This document shows, one piece after another, positions 15,666 through 45,711 of a stretch of 64,000 bases of DNA (its first letter is position 1; each line of letters opens with the position of its first letter). A program made the position numbers and the translations under genes. Source of the stretch: Antedon mediterranea (lineage: Eukaryota > Animalia > Echinodermata); NCBI RefSeq assembly GCF_964355755.1, contig NC_092674.1, positions 31,496,001 to 31,560,000 of the forward strand. The letters are read 5' to 3'. The notes beneath the pieces were generated by a model. It ran no database searches, was not told the DNA's origin, and was given only the letters and a program-made list of their open reading frames with translations.

Positions 15666-15830
15666 ACTTACCGTTTCACTAGGCCGTCTATAGGCTAAAC
15701 ACACACCTATGTTAGATATCATAGAATTGATAATGACTTAAGTGATATTTATTGTTCATCACAGAGTCCTGGATCAGATTTACTGTAAGAACGTTACTGC
15801 GCATGTACTATGACCTAGACGGAAGTGATT
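15666..15830 (-). promoter_or_regulatory. Candidate promoter with non-coding first exon
   Basis: ETS-type CGGAAGTG (15820) and NRF1-like TGCGCATGT (15798) lie ~130-150 nt upstream of a consensus donor G|GTAAGT (15666-15671). Confidence 0.3.
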
Positions 15831-16398
15831 TATTCCAACAACCTTCCCGCTTAAAGTTTTAAATTACAATCAATAATAATGTACGAGCGAGAAAATAATA
15901 TTTGATAATGTTATAAAAAGTAACAATAAATTTTAACTAACGACGCCTTGAATAACAACTTTCTAAGTTGGCGAATAGAAATGACGCCGTAGTTACATAT
16001 AGTGTGGTTAAAACTAGTACACATTCAGGTTCAATATGCTGTCGTTTGCAATGTAATATTTTTATTTACATAAGGGAAAACATGCTATATGGAAATAAAT
16101 GTGGGAACCATGAATCGTAGGTAAACATAAAATGTAATGATGGTAGGGATTTAAGTGCCGCAGATACCTATCAGTGTTTTATGGATTCTCATCTTTACTA
16201 CATTTACAGTGGCAACTACTTTTTAACAATTGTGATACGAGTATACTTTCTTTTTCTAAAACTTTGTTGTTTAACTTATAAGCAAAACTATAGAAATTGA
16301 AATTAGATTTTAGTTATATAATTAGAAAAAGTCTTAATTAAATTATTAAATTAATTAGCAACAGAGAGAATACAAAGAATATAAGTAACCGTGTCTTA

Positions 16399-16495
16399 AG
16401 ACGCAAGGACGAACGCGTAGCGCCAGTAACAAATGTTGACCAATCCAAGCGATAGTTCGTATAATCTGTTTTGGTCAAATTGCTTGCATTGCGTG
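16399..16495. mobile_element. Palindromic MITE family copy 2
   Basis: ACGCAAGGACG..GTTGACCAAT...TTGGTCAAATTGCTTGC..TTGCGT. Confidence 0.55.
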
Positions 16496-17073
16496 ATCGC
16501 CATTGTGTCGCAATCATGGGATTTTAACTCAACACCACAGCTAAAAATAACCAATTGTGTCTGAGAATTATTCTTGTCATACAAATCATCATTAAATAAA
16601 ATATTACAGTACTGTATTAAAAAAATAAAAGAGTTGAAAAATTATTTATGTTATCAATTAAAAACACACTGAAAGAGGTTTGGAATTACCTTTAGCTTTT
16701 AAGGAGTTGACAGTTATATTATAACTATGCTAATTATTTTAGATCAGGAAGTGTACGGATACACATTGAAGTTATAATGTCAGTATGCAATTGAAATTAA
16801 TCTGAAGTAGTAGTCAGTTGCTTCCCTTGGGCAACTAAACATACATTTGGAAACGGTGACAGTACAACATATTAGATCTACAATTTTTTACTAGTAATAG
16901 TATTGTATGTATTGATCTAACATGGTAATAGTTGAGTTGTCAGCAAATAGAAATATAATATCATGTGTATTCAAATAATTCTTATGAATGAACATTGACA
17001 TTAAACGTTTTAATTAATGGCAATTTTGTTTTGCTTCAAGAAACTGGGTAGTCACGAGTTCTAGCTTCCCTAA

Positions 17074-17354
17074 AGCTGTTCACATTGACCTAATACAATA
17101 TGAATAGTGACTCTTGACTGAAAAGGCTGTTCACATTGACCTAATACAATTTATGAATAGTGACTCTCGACTGAAAAGGCTGTTCACATTGACCTAATAC
17201 AATATATGAATAGTAACTCTCGACTGAAAAGGCTGTTCACATTGACCTAATAAAATATATGAATAGTGACTCTCGACTGAAAAGGCTGTTCACATTGACC
17301 TTATACAATATTATGAATAGTGACTCTCGACTGAAAAGGCTGTTCACATTGACA
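17074..17354. repeat. Minisatellite, ~53-bp unit x5
   Basis: GCTGTTCACATTGACCTAATACAAT..ATGAATAGTGACTCTCGACTGAAAAG. Confidence 0.95.
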
Positions 17355-18801
17355 TAATACTAAATAGTAGATGCCGCCAACTATAAGGAGACATAATCGG
17401 AATGAATGAATGCTACGGAAGGATCTTAAACACCGCGGCTAAGTTAACGAAATGTAGAAACTTGTAGAACTTGCTAAAAATAAATTGATATGGAAAGACC
17501 GTAGGCCTTCAATAACTTGAGACTGATTAGAAACTTAAAAATGTTTTTTTCAATTGTTTTTATAAACAATGTTATTCTCAGCAACATAAGAAGAAATATA
17601 CCCAAATAGGGCCTACTGGAACAATTTGCATATAACATGATTCAAAATCGAGAAATACATTCTCATCAAACTAGAAAAGCACATAATATTAACATACAAT
17701 CATTTAATAAAAAAGCCCTAACCAAATGCCAAATGCTGTTTTGTATTTGGCGACTCCCATAAATGTTTACTTTTCGGATTTAGCTTCTTTTGAAATCTGT
17801 TTTATTTTGTGATATGAACGAGAAATAAAATGTATTACATAAATGAATGAATATTGGAAAAACTGAATCGTGCTCACTTTGAAATGCTCTGATATCAATA
17901 ATAGTAAAGTCTACAATGACTTCATTGCTTCCTCTTTGGCGTTATTGCATTACATTATAATATATAGAACAATCAATTCGTCGAAGTGTCGTCGAATGAC
18001 CTCAACGGTCTACAACAAATTGTTCTGATAATGCTAATCACAACAGAAATTAACATCATGCATTCGTTTTCTACGTTTATTGATGTGACATAGTTTGTAG
18101 TATGTCATTGAATTGAAATATAATTGTATAGAACAAAATAAAATGGCAGAGTTCTAAGTAAAGATTTAGTAAATTTCGTCATGTCTATATAACAAAATAA
18201 GAATAAACCAAATTAGTGGAAGAAAGTAAACAATACAAATGTAGACCAGAACAGAAAATTAACCAAAATTAAAAATATAATCCATCAAAATATTCAAATT
18301 GGATAATAAACTCTCTAGACAGTGAAACCTCTCTAAAGAATTGTTCTTGAATTTGTGATGATGTACAGTACTTTCGAGTCTTTTATATACCTAGCGATAG
18401 TATTGATAAATTTGATTTGATTTGATTTGATCACTTTATTTCAAAATAAATATTCCATATATACTATACAACAACACTCACAAAACCGGAAAATCAAACT
18501 AAAATAGGATTTTTTCCCACTTAGTGTAGAGATTTGAATATCGGAACAAATAGGAATCGTGGTACACCTAAACCAGATGTAATGTAATGTAATCTATCAA
18601 TCATTTAAGAAATTCATTTGATCCACGAAGTTCCTAAACTTACTGAAGAAACAGTGGTATTACCTGGTTTGGCCAACTCTAGTGAGAGAAATTTGAATGA
18701 CAGAAAAACCCATCCTCGATGAAAATGTAAATATTGTAATTAAACTCCCAAACCTAACGTCTTGTTTCCACTAGAACCAAAAATACTATAAAACTATATT
18801 G

Positions 18802-19640
18802 ATAATAATAATAATAATAATAATAATATTTATTCGGTCATCAATGTAAAAATAACCAGGAATGAGAATAGGCTAAAGCCCAAACAGATTCTGCACTCAC
18901 TCCATACAATACAAACAGACATAACCATATACAAGAAAAATACAAATAAACTATACATAACATGAAATATAGTGTTTTGTTAGAGCAGCCTTAAATATTG
19001 AAATTGTTTGTGAATCTTTTATGTCATTTGGTATTTGCTCCCATAGTCTAGGAAAGGAAACAAATAGAGAATTATGAAAAGTATTGCCTTTCGAATTCCA
19101 ACCTAAAAGCCTACCCGGACATCTTTCACTAGTTTTAATATACTCATTGAAAGAATGGGGACAGTAACCTTTCAACACCTTAAATCCTAATGAAAGTCTA
19201 TGTAATTTAAACAAGTCATCAATAGATAATAATTCAAGCACTTTCAACCTATGAAAATAAGATGTGTCCCAGGAACCTTCCTTTCTAAACATTATTATCC
19301 TTGTTGCTTTCCTTTGTATACTTTCTATTCTATTAATACGTGATTTCTCAAATGGTGCCCACATTGAACAACAGTAGGTAATCACTGGAAGTAATAGAGC
19401 TTTGTATAAGTTCAACATAGCTAACCAGGACATATTTTTACTACATTTTGAAATGAAACCAAGCAATCTGCTTGCTTTACAACATATATACAGTAATTAA
19501 CTTGTGTATGACAAGACAACGAACTATTTACACCTAGAAATTTGAATTCTGTATTTTGAATATTGTCTGATTCTATGGTATAATCCCCGTTAACTATATC
19601 TTTACATCTTGTAACATGCATTACATGGGTAGGCCTACAT
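18802..19640 (-). mobile_element. 5'-truncated LINE (CR1/L2 group): end of RT ORF2, 3' UTR, (ATT)n tail
   Basis: FKFLGV..., then after a frameshift LYKALLLPVITYCCSMWAP...IESIQRKATRII...SYFHRLKVLELLSI (ORF 18951-19466); AATAAA followed by (TAT)n at 18802-18833. Confidence 0.88.
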
Positions 19641-19641
19641 C

Positions 19642-19955
19642 TGTTATGGATCAATTAATGGCCGCATAATAACGGTGTGGGAATGTTGTTATGGATCAAT
19701 CAATGGTCGCATAGAAACGGTGTGGGAATTTTGTTATGGATCAATCAATGGTCGCATAATAACGGTGTGGGAATGTTGTTATGGATCAATCAATGGTCGC
19801 ATAGTAACGGTGTGGGAATTTTGTTATGGATCAATCAATGGTCGCATAGTAACGGTGTGGGAATGTTGTTATGGATCAATCAATGGTCGCATAGTAAAAG
19901 TGTGGGAATGTTGTTATGGATCAATCAATGATCGCATAATAACGGTGTGGGAATG
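19642..19955. repeat. Minisatellite, 45-bp unit x7, abutting the 5' end of the LINE
   Basis: TGTTATGGATCAATCAATGGTCGCATAATAACGGTGTGGGAATGT. Confidence 0.96.
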
Positions 19956-21600
19956 TATGCCTTTGCATTTAAACTTGTTGTTTTAATATTTAAGTAACTA
20001 CTTAAATAAATACTAAACAGAGAACTAACATTATTCTGAAAAGATATAAAACTATGAAACGTGAGATGTGTCAAATCACCTGTGACTTTCATACAAGTGG
20101 TATTCCCTGCCAATGTAGACGATAAATTGATATTAAGGGGTCTTAGACACAATCTGATACTAAACCAATTATGAATATTTTTCCGCATGCATATCTGATA
20201 TATGATGGCATTTTATGATATAAAGTGTGTCGTAGTAGTCCCTTCAGTATCTTGAAACCGTAAATGAGATGTGGATAAAATTATTCAATGTTTACATTGC
20301 AGTGCTTATCGTTTTGATGGTTAATTACTAACAAATAAAAACGGCAAAAACGCTTGAAATAAAGTATGGAAATAATAAGTTACAATTTTATGTATTGCTT
20401 AGTCATAATTTTTTTAATTTTTGACAATAGCCAATATAAGGTATGGTATATTAGCACAGTATATAAACTATTAACGGGTTCACAGGTGTAAACAATATAT
20501 CCTAATTACATTTTTCATACTTTGACGATTTGTGCAAAACTTTAAAAAATTATCAATTATTAATATTATAACATGATTATTTAATAATAAACATCATGAA
20601 ACATAGTCTAAATGTGCCTGAGGTAGAGGTATAAAAATAATGCAATCGGCATTTATATAAAAAGACTACAGTACATGAGTTTTTTTTCTAACAATAACGA
20701 TAATGATGAAGAATGTTTCGTTAGAATGATCGAACACACGAGGTTATCATAAGTCGAAGATAAATACTGACCTTCGCATTTAAATAGTTTTAGTCAATTT
20801 CAACACATTAATTATTATGATATATTTCTATAGATTTGCACTATACTACTTCAAATATTTTTCTGTATTAGAAATTTAACAGCTAGCTTTTTATTTCGAT
20901 TAGTTCTTGTATGTAAATGATTTAAATACAACTAGAATTATCGACAAAATATCAAACCAAGTGTCAACAGTCTGAGTCTTTCGTCTAACAAGTGGACCTA
21001 CTAATGATGAATACCAATGATACCAGATCAAATAGGCTAAACTCAGGTAACATTGGAATTTGATGTTGGACGATCATAAATTATTTACTCTCGGTATCAT
21101 ATACCTTCTTGCCAGTGATGAGTTATCTCTACATGATTGTTCTAAACTTCTAAAGATAAATTAAAATGTTGTGCTATTGGTTTAACTGTAGAATGTAGGT
21201 TACATTGCATGATGACGATTGATAAGGGGCCAGTATCTAGAAACTTTTGAATATAATCGAAACATTCCACATAACAGAAATCCAACCAAAATATATTGTT
21301 TTTTTGGCAAAATGGGAGCTACTACTCAAAACCTGTTGAGTCTACTCGAATAGAAACTAGGTAAGACAAATTAATAATAATTGCATCAATATAATTTTGA
21401 AAATATTTCTTTTTCTGAAATCAACGCGTCATCGTAACACAGTAACATACAATTCCAATTATATTTAGTAGTGAGTTTCACTAATTAGAAGTGATTTCAG
21501 ATCTTGTGCTTAGAACTAACACAACATGTATTCCAAACACCTGAGAATGTTAAAACTCTGAAATCTGTATAAATAACACATTGTTGATATGTGCCAAGTA

Positions 21601-21736
21601 TCATACATCAGTCATGAACCAACACGTGCCCTGCATCAGTCATGAACCAACAAGTACCATACATCAGTCATGAACCAACAAGTACCATACATCAGTCATG
21701 AACCAACAAGTACCACATACACCAGTCATGAACCAC
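21601..21736. repeat. Short tandem repeat, ~28-bp unit x4-5
   Basis: CATCAGTCATGAACCAACAAGTAC. Confidence 0.88.
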
Positions 21737-22749
21737 ATATATCGGTCATACTCTTTAAGTCATACACATCAGCCTTAGGCTAACAAGCGTCATCATCAGC
21801 TATGTTAACAAACATTCATAGTACTATGCATATTATAGAATTATCATTATTATTATTGAGTGGTGACAATTATATACAAAGTATAAATTTGGCAACGAAA
21901 GTAGATACCTGTTTTAAAATATTTGAGCTATGAATTTTAACAAATTGATAGAAAGTAGAAAGAATCCAAACCATGGGAAGTAAAGACGCATACATTACTG
22001 AGTTGGCCTACGCTGCTAGCGAGAATAATGCCCCGTGGTAATCACTAAACACATCCAAGATTATACACGACTAATACAAAACAAAGATAATGCAAAACTA
22101 TACAATTATTACCATGTGACGTCCAATTAATTATCGGCTTCAAAACTTTGAAGTGTCCTGTATCTGAAGCTAAAACAATTAACGATGAATTCAAACGATA
22201 GAAAGTGTACTGTACCCGTCGTGCTCATTACAATATTCCGTTTTATACACAAATAATATGATAAATGGAAGAAAATATAGTTCTGAGGTAACGAACGCTT
22301 GATGGTGTGAATGTTGCGTGAAATATTATTATATGCATTTTTGATACAAGCGATTAAACTAGTTTATGCGTCATTTGAACAGAGCGTCAAACGAGTGGAA
22401 ACGCATCTTAAGAGTTTATTATAGCTGCTTTGTATTAGTTGGGTAATATTAAAAACATTTTTTGAAGAAGATTTGCTATGATATTTGTAGTAATTTTGTT
22501 AACGCCACATTTTGGTGCTTCACCTGTTTTGCTATAAAACACAGTTGATCAAGCGTGGAATAGTCTGTCTTACCCGAACATGTGTTTGAAAACTATAATC
22601 AATGCTAAATAGTATACCGTACTAGTTTCAATTTTAAGTTTCACTTTTAGAAATTATGTGAACATTTTATTTTCAAAAACTTTAGAAATATTACCATTAT
22701 TAATGATATTTATTACATACCCGACAAGAAATGTGGGTATTTACTCATT

Positions 22750-23553
22750 AGTAAGACTAAAATGGGTTTAGTATCAAACTTAAGTAAGACTAAAATGGGT
22801 TAAGTATCAAATATGACTAAGAATAAAATGGGTTTAGCATCAAACTTAAATAAGGCTAAAATGGGTTTAGTATCAAACTTAAGTAAGTCTAAAATGGGTT
22901 TAGTATCAAACATGAGTAAGACTGAAATGGGTTTAGCATCAAACTTAAGTAAGGCTAAAATGGGTTTAGAATCAAACTTAAGTAAGGCTAAAATGGGTTT
23001 AGCATCAAACTTAAGTAAGGCTAAAATGGGTTTAGTATCAAACATGAGTGAGATTAAAATGGGTTTAGTATCAAACATAAGACTACGGGTTAAGTATCAA
23101 ACATGAGTAAGACTAAAATGGGTTAAGTATCAAATATGACTAAGAATAAAATGGGTTTAGCATCAAACTTAAATAAGGCTAAAATGGGTTTAGTATCAAA
23201 CATGAGTGAGACTAAAATGGGTTTAGTATCAAACATAAGACTAAAGGTTTAGTATCAAACATGAGTAAGACTAAAATGGGTTTAGTATCAAACATGAGTA
23301 AGACTAAAATGGGTTTAGTATAAAAAATGAGACTAAAATGGGTTTAGTATCAAACATTTGAATAAAATGGGTTTAGTATCAAACATAAGGCTAAAATGGG
23401 TTTAGTATCAAACATAAGGCTAAAATGGGTTTAGTATCAAACATAAGGCTAAAATGGGTTTATTATCAAACATAAGGCTAAAATGGGTTTAGTGTCAAAC
23501 ATAAGGCTAAAATGGGTTTAGTATCAAACATTTGGCTAAAATGGGTTTAGTAT
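22750..23553. repeat. Minisatellite, 33-bp units grading into 29-bp units (~25 copies)
   Basis: AAGACTAAAATGGGTTTAGTATCAAACATGAGT variants. Confidence 0.96.
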
Positions 23554-24925
23554 TTAAATGCCAATTTACACTCTCATACTGCTTTTGGTACAAATAAAAC
23601 ACTAACAAATGAAATATTTAATAGCAATAGTGTATTTATTTAGCAATCCGGCTACCGTACTTTCATACAATTCAAAACAATCTGTTTTGATTTTATTAAA
23701 TGATAACACGTCAATACCTATTAATGATTATTACTACATTTTCTCATTATTTTATATAGGATTGCACTGATTAACTTTATCTAAAATATACATAATATTT
23801 AGAATACACAACTGGTACGTTAGATCGTTATTGTCAAAACTAAGCTAAAATTAAGCTAACGAATATGAATGAATAGATATTTTCTAACAGAAGTAAGATA
23901 ATATAATATTTTATTGTTGGTATTTGATGTTAGTCGATGTTCAATCGAACTGTAATACTTTCACAAGCCACATTAACATAGTTTATTTTAAGAATACGAG
24001 AAAATGCTGTGTACGTATTAATTGTTTAATGGAAATGAGCGATCGATATCTAATCGCGATAAATCATGTTTGATATGCGTAATAAGCGTTTATGATACGG
24101 TAAGTGTAATTCACGATACTTCTTAAAACTCAGTAAAATGGGATTGGGCATATTGTAAAAAACTTATTTCAAGTGTGAAGGCAACAGAATAAATTAGATT
24201 TAATGTAAAAACTCTCACATTTTTGTTGTTGAATGTTGATATATGTAATTTATTTAAATTATGTTAATATTTACCTGTTTTTGTGACTAATAAGTAACTA
24301 AACTTTACTAAATATAAATATATTGCTCATAAACGCTTATACAAATCTATTATGCATACGTTTAAGTCATATAAAGATATACATGACAACACATTATTAA
24401 CATTTCTAATATTTATATATATTGTTTGATGATCGAATAATATAAACGGGAATAGAAAAATGGGTGGGCACAACTATGAAATGGAAACAAAACATTAATA
24501 GTTATAGAAATTATTGCTATAATGGTTTTTAAATAAACTACCACTGTATCAAAATCAGCCTAGCATGTACTATTAATAACTTTATTAAAATGTATTTCGT
24601 ATACTACTTTTGTCGAATGCTAGGTTTAATAAGTTTATTATTTGGTTAAAATTTGGTTTAAATGGACACAATAAAAGATTTAATCAATAACATTATTGTA
24701 TGTCAGCTCGAATATACTGGAGACTACTTCATATTACTGTATAATAAAAAAGAAGTGTTCACCTGAACACACCTTAATTCGATTATTTTTCATCGAGACA
24801 ATAATTATTGTCTTAGCTTAGAGGAAAGTTGTCATGAAAAAGTGTAAGAATAACAGCAGCATGCTATCGTGACCATTCCCACAACTCTCTATGCCTAATC
24901 TCGTCGTTCTCGTATGAATTTTAAA

Positions 24926-40079
<15,154 letters not shown>

Positions 40080-40814
40080 TTTTCCAGCTGGTCTAGCAAC
40101 AATAAATGACACCAGAAACACGGTTGATTTTTAGACTTTTGCTGAAAATCGTTTTTAATGGACAAGTGGATGATCTTGTTATCATCAAGCAAGGAAAGCG
40201 ACGCAATGAAACTAAATTACATTTCTCAATGTATGAGCGGTTAATTGCATAGACCACGAGGCGTAACGAATCTGCTTTGCCTGTGTTTCTACGGCCATGT
40301 TGTATCGAAACGACTTTACTTCTCTTGGGACGATCGGATTCATTAGTATGCCAAACAAGAATTGTCTATGAGACTCGCTCTCATCCGCAGAGACAAATTG
40401 CCTTGATTACTGTCATTTGTGTGTATTTGATATTGTACCGAATACACTTATTATAAACACTTTAGCAAACAGACATCCAAATAAGAAACAATGGTATATT
40501 ATTCAAATATTAGTTTCGATATTGTTTTCGTTTCTGAGTAAAAGAGACTTAGAAATAAAAAAAATAAATAATAAAATTAGAGTAATTCAATAAAGATACA
40601 ATGTAGGCCTAATTAATGAGATAATAATTATGAGATTTAAGATATTCAATTACTGAATAGTTAGTCTTGTAACCACTAACGAAATTAGCTATACAAATTA
40701 TAGACAGACTACTGATTAAATCCAAAACAGTGAATTGGTCATAAAATAATCAAAGTAATCAAACTCTTTCGAATTGTGCAGCAGGTATTTGAGACAATTA
40801 ACTTCATAATGGAC

Positions 40815-43800
40815 AATGCATTGCATCACACGTACACATGTTTAGTCAATGCATTGCATCACACGTACACATGTTTAGCCATAGTCATTGCATCACACGT
40901 ACACATGTTTAATCATAGTCATTGCATCACACGTACACATGTTTAGTCAATGCATTGCATCACACGTACACATGTTTAGTCATAGTCATTGCATCACACG
41001 TACACATGTTTAGTCAATGCATTGCATCACACGTACACATGTTTAGTCAATGCATTGCATCACACGTACACATGTTTAGTCAATGCATTGCATCACACGT
41101 ACACATGTTTAGTCAATGCATTGCATCACACGTACACATGTTTAGTCATAGTCATTGCATCACACGTACACATGTTTAGTCAATGCATTGCATCACACGT
41201 ACACATGTTTAGTCAATGCATTGCATCACACGTACACATGTTTAGTCATAGTCATTGCATCACACGTACACATGTTTAGTCATAGTCATTGCATCACACG
41301 TACACATGTTTTGTCATAGTCATTGCATCACACGTACACATGTTTAGCCATAGTCATTGCATCACACGTACACATGTTTAGCCATAGTCATTGCATCACA
41401 CGTACACATGTTTAGCCATAGTCATTGCATCACACGTACACATGTTTAGTCAATGCATTGCATCACACGTACACATGTTTAGCCATAGTCATTGCATCAC
41501 ACGTACACATGTTTAGCCATAGTCATTGCATCACACGTACACATGTTTAGCCATAGTCATTGCATCACACGTACACATGTTTAGCCATAGTCATTGCATC
41601 ACACGTACACATGTTTAGTCATAGTCATTGCATCACACGTACACATGTTTAGTCATAGTCATTGCATCACACGTACACATGTTTAGTCAATGCATTGCAT
41701 CACACGTACACATGTTTAGTCATAGTCATTGCATCACACGTACACATGTCTAGTCAATGCATTGCATCACACGTACACATGTTTAGTCATAGTCATTGCA
41801 TCACACGTACACATGTTTAGCCATAGTCATTGCATCCCACGTACACATGTTTAGTCAATGCATTGCATCACACGTACACATGTTTAGTCATAGTCATTGC
41901 ATCACACGTACACATGTTTAGTCAATGCATTGCATCACACGTACACATGTTTAGTCATAGTCATTGCATCACACGTACACATGTTTAGTCAATGCATTGC
42001 ATCACACGTACACATGTTTAGTCAATGCATTGCATCACACGTACACATGTTTAGTCAATGCATTGCATCACACGTACACATGTTTAGCCATAGTCATTGC
42101 ATCACACGTACACATGTTTAGTCATAGTCATTGCATCACACGTACACATGTTTAGTCAATGCATTGCATCACACGTACACATGTTTAGTCATAGTCATTG
42201 CATCACACGTACACATGTTTAGTCAATGCATTGCATCACACGTACACATGTTTAGTCAATGCATTGCATCACACGTACACATGTTTAGTCATAGTCATTG
42301 CATCACACGTACACATGTTTAGTCATAGTCATTGCATCACACGTACACATGTTTAGTCAATGCATTGCATCACACGTACACATGTTTAGTCATAGTCATT
42401 GCATCACACGTACACATGTTTAGTCAATGCATTGCATCACACGTACACATGTTTAGTCATAGTCATTGCATCACACGTACACATGTTTAGCCATAGTCAT
42501 TGCATCACACGTACACATGTTTAGCCATAGTCATTGCATCACACGTACACATGTTTAGCCATAGTCATTGCATCACACGTACACATGTTTAGTCATAGTC
42601 ATTGCATCACACGTACACCTGTTTAGTCAATGCATTGCATCACACGTACACATGTTTAGCCATAGTCATTGCATCACACGTACACATGTTTAGTCAATGC
42701 ATTGCATCACACGTACACATGTTTAGTCATAGTCATTGCATCACACGTACACATGTTTAGTCAATGCATTGCATCACACGTACACATGTTTAGTCAATGC
42801 ATTGCATCACACGTACACATGTTTAGTCATAGTCATTGCATCACACGTACACATGTTTAGTCAATGCATTGCATCACACGTACACATGTTTAGTCATAGT
42901 CATTGCATCACACGTACACATGTTTAGTCAATGCATTGCATCACACGTACACATGTTTAGTCAATGCATTGCATCACACGTACACATTTTTAGCCATAGT
43001 CATTGCATCACACGTACACATGTTTAGTCATAGTCATTGCATCACACGTACACATGTTTAGTCAATGCATTGCATCACACGTACACATGTTTAGTCATAG
43101 TCATTGCATCACACGTACACATGTTTAGTCAATGCATTGCATCACACGTACACATGTTTAGTCAATGCATTGCATCACACGTACACATGTTTAGTCAATG
43201 CATTGCATCACACGTACACATGTTTAGTCAATGCATTGCATCACACGTACACATGTTTAGTCATAGTCATTGCATCACACGTACACATGTTTAGTCAATG
43301 CATTGCATCACACGTACACATGTTTAGTCAATGCATTGCATCACACATACACATGTTTAGTCATAGTCATTGCATCACACGTACACATGTTTAGTCATAG
43401 TCATTGCATCACACGTACACATGTTTAGTCATAGTCATTGCATCACACGTACACATGTTTAGCCATAGTCATTGCATCACACGTACACATGTTTAGCCAT
43501 AGTCATTGCATCACACGTACACATGTTTAGCCATAGTCATTGCATCACACGTACACATGTTTAGTCAATGCATTGCATTACACGTACACATGTTTAGCCA
43601 TAGTCATTGCATCACACGTACACATGTTTAGCCATAGTCATTGCATCACACGTACACATGTTTAGCCATAGTCATTGCATCACACGTACACATGTTTAGC
43701 CATAGTCATTGCATCACACGTACACATGTTTAGTCATAGTCATTGCATCACACGTACACATGTTTAGTCATAGTCATTGCATCACACGTACACATGTTTA

Positions 43801-44989
43801 GTCAATGCATTGCATCACACGTACACATGTTTAGTCATAGTCATTGCATCACACGTACACATGTTTAGTCAATGCATTGCATCACACGTACTCATGTTTA
43901 GTCATAGTCATTGCATCACACGTACACATGTTTAGCCATAGTCATTGCATCACACGTACACATGTTTAGTCAATGCATTGCATCACACGTACACATGTTT
44001 AGTCATAGTCATTGCATCACACGTACACATGTTTCGTCAATGCATTGCATCACACGTACACATGTTTAGTCATAGTCATTGCATCACACGTACACATGTT
44101 TAGTCAATGCATTGCATCACACGTACACATGTTTAGTCAATGCATTGCATCACACGTACACATGTTTAGTCATAGTCATTGCATCACACGTACACATGTT
44201 TAGTCAATGCATTGCATCACACGTACACATGTTTAGTCATAGTCATTGCATCACACGTACACATGTTTAGTCAATGCATTGCATCACACGTACACATGTT
44301 TAGTCAATGCATTGCATCACACGTACACATGTTTAGTCATAGTCATTGCATCACACGTACACATGTTTAGTCATAGTCATTGCATCACACCTACACATGT
44401 TTAGTCAATGCATTGCATCACACGTACACATGTTTAGTCATAGTCATTGCATCACACGTACACATGTTTAGTCAATGCATTGCATCACACGTACACATGT
44501 TTAGTCATAGTCATTGCATCACACGTACACATGTTTAGCCATAGTCATTGCATCACACGTACACATGTTTAGCCATAGTCATTGCATCACACGTACACAT
44601 GTTTAGTCATAGTCATTGCATCACACGTACACATGTTTAGTCATAGTCATTGCATCACACGTACACATGTTTAGCCATAGTCATTGCATCACACGTACAC
44701 ATGTTTAGCCATAGTCATTGCATCACACGTACACATGTTTAGTCATAGTCATTGCATCACACGTACACATGTTTAGTCATAGTCATTGCATCACACGTAC
44801 ACATGTTTAGTCAATGCATTGCATCACACGTACACATGTTTAACCATAGTCAGTGCATCACACGTAGACATGTTTAGCCATAGTCATTGCATCACACGTA
44901 CACATGTTTAGCCATAGTCATTGCATCACACGTACACATGTTTAGTCATAGTCATTGCATCACACGTACACATGTTTAGTCATAGTCAT
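40815..44989. repeat. 4.2-kb satellite array, 33/34-bp units (~125 copies)
   Basis: Core CATTGCATCACACGTACACATGTTTAG with alternative linkers TCAATG / TCATAGT / CCATAGT. Confidence 0.98.
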
Positions 44990-45711
44990 CTTTATTAGAT
45001 AATGTTAGAATAGTGATATAGGAATACTTATTAGACCTACTTACCAAGTCTGTAAATATAATATACTTAACCATATGTTGGTGTAGTCAGAGGGTAATGC
45101 ATCTTCACTGTTCTTTTGTACAACAATGGCCCCATGTTCCCGCATTGTACTGGATATCCACGATGACGTAGTACAACGTCACCTACTACACCTGTCCCCA
45201 ATACTTTTCAAATTGTTTTAAAAACGAAATATACCTGTTTTTGTCACCTATGTCTTGCAAATATTGGTCTACCATGTTTGTCAGTATGGTGACTGTCAAT
45301 ACTTTGTAGGCTAATCAATTTTAAAATGTCTTAGTGATTTAGTAATTTAGTGGGTTAATTACGCTTGCTTAATAGACTACAACCACATTTCGTAAATTTG
45401 ATTTGGCTCATGTATTTGTATTGTCAATAAATAAATCAATCGAAAATAAAGAAAAAGTAACAAACTAATATATTGTTTGTATTTATGCTTATATCATACT
45501 ATTAAAAGAGATATATTCAGACGTCATTAGACAACTGGAGCATTCTCTACTTCTCTATGGAGCGCCATTTATGCCTTTATTAACTTCAATAATAGAAATA
45601 GTACTACGGTAACTGCTCAAGTGGATCCAATTTAGCACCAGGGTAGCACAGTGATATAAAATAGAAATGAAAGTCACTACTTTTAATATCGTTTCGTATA
45701 TACCCATATCA

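Noticed and set aside
17360-17850. Possible very decayed LINE 3' remnants (EIHSHQTR-like motif, AATAAA, GAAT tail)
   Set aside because: Too short and degenerate to support without a database search
19675-19986. Repetitive ORFs (WECCYGSINGRI..., also 22800-23106, 30740-31520, 6620-6901)
   Set aside because: Translations of minisatellites, open in several frames or strands, with no splice or domain support
40815-44989. CRISPR-like appearance and many His/Cys-rich ORFs (MHHTYTCLVNAL...)
   Set aside because: The linkers are only 6-7 nt and recur rather than being unique spacers; there are no cas genes and the context is eukaryotic. The ORFs are satellite translations.
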